DNA of 64,000 nucleotides, taken from positions 1 through 64,000 of the IMG/VR virus record IMGVR_UViG_3300012665_000990. One strand, 5' to 3'. Source of the stretch: a virus. Lineage: Duplodnaviria; Caudoviricetes. The notes under the pieces are model-generated. The model made no database searches. It was not told the origin of the DNA and worked only from the letters and a program-made list of their open reading frames with translations. This document shows positions 56,912 through 64,000 of this stretch, in pieces. A program made the position numbers and the translations under genes. Position 1 is the first letter of the stretch, and each line of letters begins with the position of its first letter.

Positions 56912-57267
56912 GAATTAATGAATTACTAATTGAAGGCGGCAAATTACGTGCTAGTCAAGAAAACCCAATCAGCAGATTACAAACATTCAATGCACTAAAC
57001 ATGTACAATGGTGACGGATATAAAGCATATCGTTTTGGCGTTGCACTTGCAGGATCGCCCGATGTTAATGTAGAAAACGAAAGTCCATTTGCTGGTGACT
57101 ATACAGTTAAAAGTTATACTGATGAAGAACAAGAAATGATTAATCATGCGGCAAAACAATTAGGTATCAAGGGCTCTACAAAAGCTGGCAATGGCAGTTT
57201 AGAACCTAAAGGCACCAATACTGCTAGTCCAGTAGCAACAATTAAAAAGAACAAATACGGCGTATAA
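56908..57267 (+). CDS. Hypothetical protein (MRINELLIE leader)
   Basis: YKAYRFGVALAG, SLEP..TNTASPV. Confidence 0.65.
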   Translation: MRINELLIEGGKLRASQENPISRLQTFNALNMYNGDGYKAYRFGVALAGSPDVNVENESPFAGDYTVKSYTDEEQEMINHAAKQLGIKGSTKAGNGSLEPKGTNTASPVATIKKNKYGV

Positions 57268-57268
57268 T

Positions 57269-57853
57269 ATGAAGATACAAGAAATTCTATTAGAATTTGA
57301 ACTCCCAGGTGCTCTTAGAGATATACCAGTTGCTAATATATTTGGTGCAACACTCACTGCTGGCCAAATTTCTGATGCAATTCCAGGTGCTGATCCAAGA
57401 ACTGTAATCAAATACGGTAAACAAATTAACGATATTATACAAACTAATATAACACCAAATTATACTGTAGGTAGTGCTATTGCTGATATCGCAGTTGCAT
57501 TGCCAATTGGTCGTGCAATTAAAGGTGCAAAAACTGCAACTCAAGCTACAAGTGCATTAGGCGGAGTTGCCGCAAGAAGAGAACTTGGCAGAGAATTAGC
57601 AAGTAATGTTACACTCATGCCAGGAATGTCAAACTCTTCAGGATCTAAAATTGAACCTGCAAATCAGCAACCAGTTAAAAAGAAAAGAAAAAATGTTGGT
57701 GAAGTTATTCCTGTTCCAATTGGTGGGAAACAGTATAATCTACCAATTATAAAAGTATTACCAAGTTCTGGATACATAGTTGATGCAAGCAAAGTTCCTG
57801 GTAAAAAACCAGGCGAAACAATAGATGCCCCAGAACCAGAGGATAAACTATAA
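57269..57853 (+). CDS. Hypothetical protein (MKIQEILLE leader)
   Basis: Coupled ORF. Confidence 0.65.
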   Translation: MKIQEILLEFELPGALRDIPVANIFGATLTAGQISDAIPGADPRTVIKYGKQINDIIQTNITPNYTVGSAIADIAVALPIGRAIKGAKTATQATSALGGVAARRELGRELASNVTLMPGMSNSSGSKIEPANQQPVKKKRKNVGEVIPVPIGGKQYNLPIIKVLPSSGYIVDASKVPGKKPGETIDAPEPEDKL

Positions 57854-58098
57854 TGCGTATTCAAGATTTATTAGTAGAAGCAGGTAGTGAAGGCGGTACT
57901 ACTACCGCATCATTAGGTCCAGCTAATCCTACTGCTAATTTAAGCCCAGGGTCAGCCCGTGGAAAGAAAAGTTATTTAGGTAGTCCAGGATCAGGGTCAG
58001 GAACTAAAGCACCACCACAGCCAAAGCCAAAAAAGCAAAAACCAACAGATAATGCCCTAGATGGCGATAGTATCTTTGGCACACCGCAAAAACGATAA
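57853..58098 (+). CDS. Low-complexity protein (MRIQDLLVE leader)
   Basis: G/S/P/K-rich; coupled ORF. Confidence 0.6.
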   Translation: MRIQDLLVEAGSEGGTTTASLGPANPTANLSPGSARGKKSYLGSPGSGSGTKAPPQPKPKKQKPTDNALDGDSIFGTPQKR

Positions 58099-58118
58099 AT
58101 AAAGTATCGGAGATTATT

Positions 58119-58967
58119 ATGCCATATAAAACAGCCAAACAGAAAAAAGCAATTGATGCGGCGGCACATAATCCAAAAATAGCTAAAAATTTAGGGATCA
58201 ATATGAAAGATGCAAAGAAAATGTCAGCACATGGCAAAGGACAGAAGTTTAATGAGACTCAAGAAGATCCTCCATTTGACGGTCCGTATTCTAAAGCAGG
58301 AGAAGTTAAAAAAGATCGCTATGGTAACATAATTAAAGATAAAAATATTGCTAAACATTTAGCAAAGAAAGGAAGAGCTGAAGTGGAAAAGACAACAGAC
58401 ACAAAAGTTAAAGAAGCAGTAGTTACTTCTGGTCCACATAAGGGCAAACAATGGAGTCCAAAAACTCCAGGGCCAACAAATCCAAATTTTAAAGATGACG
58501 GATCGATGGGGCCAAGTGATGGAGCCACTGCGCCACCTCCAGGATATAAACCACCAAAACCAAAGTCAATGAAGAAAGCAGAAGTTGGTAGTGATACAGC
58601 AGTAGCAGTAAATGATACTGATGATCAAGAACTAACTGCAAGTATGGAACACAAAGGTAAAAAAGTTAAAGAAGCCAAAAAGAACGATGGTAATTTAGCT
58701 AATAATGCTAAACCATATGACAAGGTCACACGCGGTGATGTTATTGCTGGTCGTTTAGGTAAAGACGAAATGGGCGGTAAGAAAAAGAAAGTCAAAGAAA
58801 GTACAGAAGCTCAATTACTACGCATTGCTAAACAAGCAATGGATACAGTTAAAGCGTTGAGAGAAGCTAAACAAGAAGCGGCACGTATTAAACACATGCC
58901 AATTTCCGAAAGCGATGAATACTTTGCAGGCTTACAATCACGTTTGAACAAACAAATTAAAGGTTAA
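58119..58967 (+). CDS. Basic low-complexity probable internal-head protein
   Basis: TAAATA upstream; three KVKE repeats; NNAKPYDKVTRGDVIAG module. Confidence 0.6.
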   Translation: MPYKTAKQKKAIDAAAHNPKIAKNLGINMKDAKKMSAHGKGQKFNETQEDPPFDGPYSKAGEVKKDRYGNIIKDKNIAKHLAKKGRAEVEKTTDTKVKEAVVTSGPHKGKQWSPKTPGPTNPNFKDDGSMGPSDGATAPPPGYKPPKPKSMKKAEVGSDTAVAVNDTDDQELTASMEHKGKKVKEAKKNDGNLANNAKPYDKVTRGDVIAGRLGKDEMGGKKKKVKESTEAQLLRIAKQAMDTVKALREAKQEAARIKHMPISESDEYFAGLQSRLNKQIKG

Positions 58968-58977
58968 TCCTTTTTAT

Positions 58978-59007
58978 ATAGGGCAACGTTTATCTTGCCC
59001 TATTTTT
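58978..59007 (+). terminator. Intrinsic terminator closing the late cluster
   Basis: ATAGGGCAA-CGTTTATC-TTGCCCTAT-TTTT. Confidence 0.8.
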
Positions 59008-59028
59008 ATGACTAAAATTTCTGTAGGC

Positions 59029-59057
59029 TTGACACCAGTACATAATTACGCTATAAT
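59029..59057 (+). promoter_or_regulatory. sigma70-type promoter for replication genes
   Basis: TTGACA-17nt-TATAAT. Confidence 0.8.
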
Positions 59058-59080
59058 TGTAAAACAATAGGAGTTTATAC

Positions 59081-59389
59081 ATGAGCAAAGTATTTGGTGC
59101 ACCAGAACAAGCAAAATTAAAACAACTGGTTAAAGACGGTTGGCAAGTAATGGATGAAATTAAAAGCCTACAAGAAGGCTTGAATGAAACAATTAAAGCA
59201 GTAGCAGAAGAATTGGATGTAAAGCCCAGTGTTATTAAAAAGGCAATCCGTACAGCAATGAAGGATGATTGGGAACAAACTGCTAAAGACTTTAGTGACT
59301 TAGAGGACATTGTACATACTACTGGACATGGAAGCGGTACTCCATGGAATCAACAAGGGTCGACTACAAATGTCACTACAACTCCGTAA
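59081..59389 (+). CDS. dsDNA-binding protein (T4 DsbA/GapR-like)
   Basis: LKQLVK..V.DEI..LQE.L.E.IK.VAEE.DVKP..IKKAIR; SD AGGAG. Confidence 0.6.
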   Translation: MSKVFGAPEQAKLKQLVKDGWQVMDEIKSLQEGLNETIKAVAEELDVKPSVIKKAIRTAMKDDWEQTAKDFSDLEDIVHTTGHGSGTPWNQQGSTTNVTTTP

Positions 59390-59672
59390 ACAATTATCAG
59401 GAGTTATAAGTTGGGTCAAAGCGGATTGGTATGCTAATCCATGGCGTCTAACTGCCGAGACCTATAATGCTTTCACAGCATTGGCCACTGCTATCATCTT
59501 TGCATTTATGGCCCCAAATGTTCCATATGGAATTACATACCCGTTGTGGCTAAGTGGAACGTTTCTGATGATATTCTGTGGCATTAGTCGTGGTAGCGTT
59601 GGCATGGTAGTGATGAGTGTTGTTATGACAATCATAGACACTTTTGGATATATTAGGTTTCTATTACAATGA
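59370..59672 (+). CDS. Small membrane protein
   Basis: Three hydrophobic segments. Confidence 0.6.
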   Translation: MSLQLRKQLSGVISWVKADWYANPWRLTAETYNAFTALATAIIFAFMAPNVPYGITYPLWLSGTFLMIFCGISRGSVGMVVMSVVMTIIDTFGYIRFLLQ

Positions 59673-60298
59673 GTACCGTTAACTATTTTAGCAATTTAGG
59701 ATTTTTAGCAGAGCAATTAACAGATGAACAGTTGCGGCCTATCAAAGAAGAGATTGAGTCTATTAAGTTAAATTTTGAAGGCAGTGTCAAACACAATTCT
59801 GATTTAGCGGGAAATATTGTTAATGAATTTGGATTGATTAAAAATCATCAATATATTGAAAAACTTATACTACCATATGTAATAGAGTATGATAAAGAAT
59901 TTAATTTTTTAAAAGATTATAATTTTTTAACTAAAGACTGCCCAGTTATTTTAGAAACTGCTTGGGTCAATTTTCAAAAGAAACATGAATTTAATCCAGT
60001 ACACAACCATACAGGAATTATGAGTTTTGTAATTTGGATTAATATTCCTTATAATTTAGAAGAAGAAATAACCAAAGGTCCTGGTGCAAAGTCTAATAAA
60101 AATGTTCCAGGAGCGTTTGAATTTCAATACACTTCAATAATGGGAGATGTATGCGGACATACTATTCATGTAGATAAAAGTTTAGAAAATGCATTAATAG
60201 TTTTTCCAGCTAAATTATGTCATAGTGTATATCCGTTTTATACTTCAGATGATTATAGAATAAGCGTTTCAGGAAATTTTAAATTTAAAACAGACTAA
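59669..60298 (+). CDS. Putative 2OG-Fe(II) oxygenase
   Basis: FNPVHNHTG, SFVIW, VFPAKLCHSVYPF, RISVSGN. Confidence 0.8.
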   Translation: MSTVNYFSNLGFLAEQLTDEQLRPIKEEIESIKLNFEGSVKHNSDLAGNIVNEFGLIKNHQYIEKLILPYVIEYDKEFNFLKDYNFLTKDCPVILETAWVNFQKKHEFNPVHNHTGIMSFVIWINIPYNLEEEITKGPGAKSNKNVPGAFEFQYTSIMGDVCGHTIHVDKSLENALIVFPAKLCHSVYPFYTSDDYRISVSGNFKFKTD

Positions 60299-60378
60299 CG
60301 TAAATATACGTGTAGATGGTTAGATCAGCCATAATTGATCATTTTGGTTTGCGAGCCCAAAGTCGCTAGGAGAAAAAT

Positions 60379-63054
60379 ATGAGTTATGTAGATGCTCTCT
60401 GGGATAGAGAGAAGGATATTATCAATGTCGTTGAAAGAGACGAAAAAGGTAATAGACGGTTTGTAGAATACCCCGCACGTTATCAATTTTATTACCCTGA
60501 TCATAAGGGCAAGTATCGCAGTATGTTTGGCGATAACTTGAGCAAAGTCACTGTAAGAAGTTTTAAAGACTTTACTAAAGAACAAAAAATCCACAGCAAT
60601 AAAACACTTTTTGAAAGTGATATCAATCCAGTATTTAGAATATTGGAAGAAAACTATCTGGGCAAAGAACCTCCTAAAATGCACGTAGCATTTTTTGATA
60701 TTGAGGTGGACTTTGATCCAGAACGTGGCTATGCTTCACCAGATGATGCGTTCATGCCAATTACTGCGATTGCTGTTCACCTGCAATGGATGGATACACT
60801 TGTATGTTTAGCATTACCTCCAAAGACAATGACTATGGAGCAAGCACAAGAGTCCATTAAAGATTTCCCTAATACAATATTGTTTGAAACTGAAGCAGAA
60901 TTGTTAGATAACTTTCTAACACTAATTGATGACGCTGACATTATCACAGGTTGGAACAGCGAAGGTTTTGACGTACCTTATACTGTTAATCGTGTAACCC
61001 GTGTATTAAGTAAAGAAGACACTAAGCGTTTTTGTTTGTGGGATCAATATCCTAAAAAGCGTGAATATGAAAAGTTTGGTAAAACTGCTATCACTTATGA
61101 CTTTGTTGGCCGTGTACACTTGGATAGTTTGGAAGTTTATCGCAAATACAAGTATGAAGAAATGCACAGTTACAGACTTGATGTAATTGGTGAACTTGAA
61201 GTTGGTGAAAATAAAACACAATACGAAGGAACACTTGATCAACTATACAATAATGATTTCCGTACTTTTATTGAATATAACAGACAAGACTGTGCATTGT
61301 TGGATAAGATGGATAAGAAGTTAAAATTCTTAGACCTTGCAAACGTGCTGGCGCACGGTAATACTGTATTGCTACAAACAACAATGGGTGCTGTGGCAAT
61401 GACTGAACAGGCTATTATTAACGAAGCACATCAACACGGACTAATTGTTCCAAGTCGCCAACGTAAAGGCGAACAAGGCGACACTGCGGCCGCTGGTGCG
61501 TATGTTGCATTTCCTAAAAAAGGATTGCATGATTGGATTGGTGCAATTGACATTAACTCATTGTATCCTTCAGCTATTCGTGCGCTTAACATGGGACCAG
61601 AAACTATTGTTGGTCAGTTACGTCAAACTAAAACAGAAGAATTTATCCAAAATCAAATGCTCTTACATAAAAAGTCATTTGCAGGCAGTTGGGAAGATAA
61701 GTTTGGCAGTTTAGAATATGAAGCTGTTATGAATCAAAGTAAGTCAGAAGAGATTACTATTGACTGGAGCAACGGTGATTCTAGCGTAAACAGTGGTGCT
61801 GAGATTTACGAAGTTATTTTTAACAGTAATAAACCTTGGATGCTAAGTGCTAATGGAACTATTTTTACATACGAGTATGAAGGTATTATTCCAGGCTTAT
61901 TGAAAAAGTGGTATGCTGAACGTAAAGAAATGCAGAGGAAGTCTCGAGATGCTGAAGTTGCTGGCAACAAAATTGAAGCTGAATATTGGGACAAGCGACA
62001 ACTAGTACGTAAGATTAATTTGAATTCACTATATGGTGCGTTGTTAAATCCAGGTTGCAGATTCTTTGATAAGCGTATTGGACAGTCAACTACACTAGTT
62101 GGTCGATGTGTAGCAAGACACATGGCTAGTAAGATTAATGAAATTATTTGTGGCGAGTATGACTACAAAGGTAAAAGTATCATTTATGGTGATACTGACT
62201 CATGCTATTTTAGTGCCTGGAGTACTTTACGTAATGAAGTAGAAAAAGGCAACTTACATTGGGATAAAGACACCGTAGTACAGTTATATGACCAAATTGC
62301 GGAAGAAGTTAATAATAGTTTCCCACAATTTATGTTAGATTACTTTCATTGTCCAAAGTCACGTGGCGAAGTTATTAAAGGTGGACGTGAACTAGTTGCT
62401 ATTAAAGGATTGTTTATTACTAAAAAACGTTATGCTGTTCTTAACTATGATAAAGAAGGCAAACGTTTAGATGAAAATGGCAAACCTGGTAAAATTAAAG
62501 CTATGGGTTTGGACCTCAAGCGTAGTGATACTCCAGAATATATGCAGAACTTCTTAGAAGAAATTCTAATGGACGTATTGCAAGGTGCAGAAGAACAATT
62601 TGTATTAGATAAAATTATCGAGTTTAGACAAGATTTTAAATCTAAGCCAGGTTGGGAGAAGGGAAGCCCAAGACGGGCAAATAACATTACTGATTATCAA
62701 GAACAAGAACGTAAACAAGGTAAAGCAAATATGCCTGGTCACGTTCGTGCTAGTATTAACTATAATCGTTTGCGTGAAATGAACGGTGACAAGTATTCTG
62801 TACAAATTGTTGATGGTATGAAAGTGTATGTTTGCAAATTGAAAAATAACGCAATGGGTTATACCAGTGTTGCTTATCCAGTAGATGAATTGAAAATTCC
62901 TAAGTGGTTCCAAGATTTGCCATTTGATGATTTGGCAATGGAGGAGACAATTATCGACAATAAGATTAGTAACCTTATTGGAGTTTTGGAATGGGACATT
63001 GAAAGTACCACTGATAGTGGAAGTACTTTTGGTAAGTTATTTGATTTTGAATAA
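60379..63054 (+). CDS. Family B DNA polymerase (T4 gp43-like)
   Basis: Exo FFDIEVD, GWNSEGFD; pol DINSLYPS, KINLNSLYG, YGDTDS, KKRY. Confidence 0.97.
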   Translation: MSYVDALWDREKDIINVVERDEKGNRRFVEYPARYQFYYPDHKGKYRSMFGDNLSKVTVRSFKDFTKEQKIHSNKTLFESDINPVFRILEENYLGKEPPKMHVAFFDIEVDFDPERGYASPDDAFMPITAIAVHLQWMDTLVCLALPPKTMTMEQAQESIKDFPNTILFETEAELLDNFLTLIDDADIITGWNSEGFDVPYTVNRVTRVLSKEDTKRFCLWDQYPKKREYEKFGKTAITYDFVGRVHLDSLEVYRKYKYEEMHSYRLDVIGELEVGENKTQYEGTLDQLYNNDFRTFIEYNRQDCALLDKMDKKLKFLDLANVLAHGNTVLLQTTMGAVAMTEQAIINEAHQHGLIVPSRQRKGEQGDTAAAGAYVAFPKKGLHDWIGAIDINSLYPSAIRALNMGPETIVGQLRQTKTEEFIQNQMLLHKKSFAGSWEDKFGSLEYEAVMNQSKSEEITIDWSNGDSSVNSGAEIYEVIFNSNKPWMLSANGTIFTYEYEGIIPGLLKKWYAERKEMQRKSRDAEVAGNKIEAEYWDKRQLVRKINLNSLYGALLNPGCRFFDKRIGQSTTLVGRCVARHMASKINEIICGEYDYKGKSIIYGDTDSCYFSAWSTLRNEVEKGNLHWDKDTVVQLYDQIAEEVNNSFPQFMLDYFHCPKSRGEVIKGGRELVAIKGLFITKKRYAVLNYDKEGKRLDENGKPGKIKAMGLDLKRSDTPEYMQNFLEEILMDVLQGAEEQFVLDKIIEFRQDFKSKPGWEKGSPRRANNITDYQEQERKQGKANMPGHVRASINYNRLREMNGDKYSVQIVDGMKVYVCKLKNNAMGYTSVAYPVDELKIPKWFQDLPFDDLAMEETIIDNKISNLIGVLEWDIESTTDSGSTFGKLFDFE

Positions 63055-63061
63055 AATTAAT

Positions 63062-63090
63062 TTGACTTTATCACTAGATCTAAATATAAT
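63062..63090 (+). promoter_or_regulatory. sigma70-type promoter overlapping a TAAATA late-type element
   Basis: TTGACT-17nt-TATAAT; TAAATA at 63081-63086. Confidence 0.65.
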
Positions 63091-63114
63091 CATTATATAC
63101 GGAGAATAATAAAA

Positions 63115-63849
63115 ATGAAAGATATACTACAAGACATCGTTGGCCACACACATACATTGGGCCTTAGCATTGTAAAAATTACAGGCGATGACAACGAAAC
63201 AAAAATTGACAGCATGGCAGATGACCGTTCAGTTATTATGATGGGTCAAACAAATGCACCAATCCCACAAATGAAGGGTGTATTTGGTATGCCACAATTA
63301 AACAAGTTGAAATACTTAATCGATTGTGCTGAGTACAAAGAAGGTGCTGAGATTGAATTAACTTCAAGAAGCATTAATGGTGAAATGATTCCAGACGGCA
63401 TTCACTTTGAAAATAAAGATGGCGATTTCAAGAACGACTATAAGTTTATGAACACGCAGATCATTAATGAAAAACTTAAGAACGTTAAGTTCAAAGAGCC
63501 AAAGTGGACAGTGGAACTTGAGCCAACGCTAGCATCTATTCAACGTTTTAGTTTACAAGCAGGTGCTAATACAGAGCACACTACATTCCTAGCACGTACT
63601 GACGGCGATAAAGTTAAATTTATCTTTGGTGATGCTAGTACACACGGTGGCGAATTTGTTTTTGCACAAGGTGTTAGTGGCAAATTAGACAAAGGCTGGA
63701 CTTGGCCAGTTAGTAGCGTTTTAAACATTCTAAAAATTGCAGATGTTAACAATGCCAAAATTAGTTTTAGCAATGAAGTAGGAGCAATTCAAATTACTTT
63801 AGATAGCGGAACTGCTACTTACAAATATATTATTCCAGCACAGGCGTAA
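63115..63849 (+). CDS. Probable sliding clamp (gp45-like)
   Basis: 244 aa, two-domain alpha/beta pattern, next to the polymerase; fold inferred only. Confidence 0.5.
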   Translation: MKDILQDIVGHTHTLGLSIVKITGDDNETKIDSMADDRSVIMMGQTNAPIPQMKGVFGMPQLNKLKYLIDCAEYKEGAEIELTSRSINGEMIPDGIHFENKDGDFKNDYKFMNTQIINEKLKNVKFKEPKWTVELEPTLASIQRFSLQAGANTEHTTFLARTDGDKVKFIFGDASTHGGEFVFAQGVSGKLDKGWTWPVSSVLNILKIADVNNAKISFSNEVGAIQITLDSGTATYKYIIPAQA

Positions 63850-63850
63850 T

Positions 63851-63952
63851 ATGGATTTATATCAAGTAAACTTTTTAATAGGTGCAATTGTTCTACTTGT
63901 AGGGCTTTCATACCTGTTATATAGATGTATTAAAGGCGACAGCGATGATTAA
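63851..63952 (+). CDS. 33-aa membrane peptide
   Basis: MDLYQVNFLIGAIVLLVGLSYLLYRCIKGDSDD. Confidence 0.45.
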   Translation: MDLYQVNFLIGAIVLLVGLSYLLYRCIKGDSDD

Positions 63953-64000
63953 AGGTCTACAAGGCATTAGCGGGTTAATAGTATCTGGCGGCAATACTGC
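63945..64000 (+). CDS. Start of an ORF truncated by the window end
   Basis: MIKGLQGISGLIVSGGNT... Confidence 0.45.
   Translation, partial: MIKGLQGISGLIVSGGNT

Noticed and set aside
60379-63054. Intein or intron in the DNA polymerase
   Set aside because: Length (891 aa) and motif spacing are normal; no splice-junction or LAGLIDADG motifs are evident.
384-63773. Numerous short minus-strand and off-frame ORFs in the track (e.g. 384..665, 2758..3072, 28263..28679, 48165..48587)
   Set aside because: They lie entirely within well-supported genes on the other strand or frame and have no recognisable motifs.
1-64000. CRISPR array, transposase, integrase or rRNA
   Set aside because: No regularly spaced direct repeats, terminal inverted repeats or corresponding motifs were seen.
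1-64000. Stop-codon reassignment as in some jumbo phages
   Set aside because: Recognisable genes are full length under the standard code and abut each other with high coding density.

Overview
A gene-dense, AT-rich, almost entirely plus-strand segment of a large tailed dsDNA phage genome (jumbo-phage-like, distantly T4-related), probably infecting a Gram-negative bacterium. The phage call rests on a T4 gp43-type family B DNA polymerase, a clamp loader, a probable sliding clamp, gp9/gp10-like baseplate/fibre proteins, a GH19 endolysin-spanin-holin lysis cassette, PhoH, a GroES-like co-chaperonin and three tRNAs. The window holds an unusually rich host-like gene set: a complete SUF Fe-S operon (sufBCDS, a sufE-sufT fusion, sufA), Fe/Mn SOD, Dps, QueD, UvsE, ClpP, ClpA, DnaJ, peptide deformylase, a YccA/BI-1 protein and an N-terminal DnaE fragment. 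The most striking unexplained pattern lies at about 50.2-58.1 kb. There a run of unrelated proteins (two Pol-beta-like nucleotidyltransferases, a ligase-fold/HxGH fusion, a lytic transglycosylase and several unknowns) share an N-terminal M-[RK]-I-x-[EQD]-[LI]-[LFI]-(x)-E leader resembling the T4 capsid-targeting sequence. This suggests a capsid-packaged, co-injected enzyme cargo. All product calls come from motif recognition by eye; no database searches were run.
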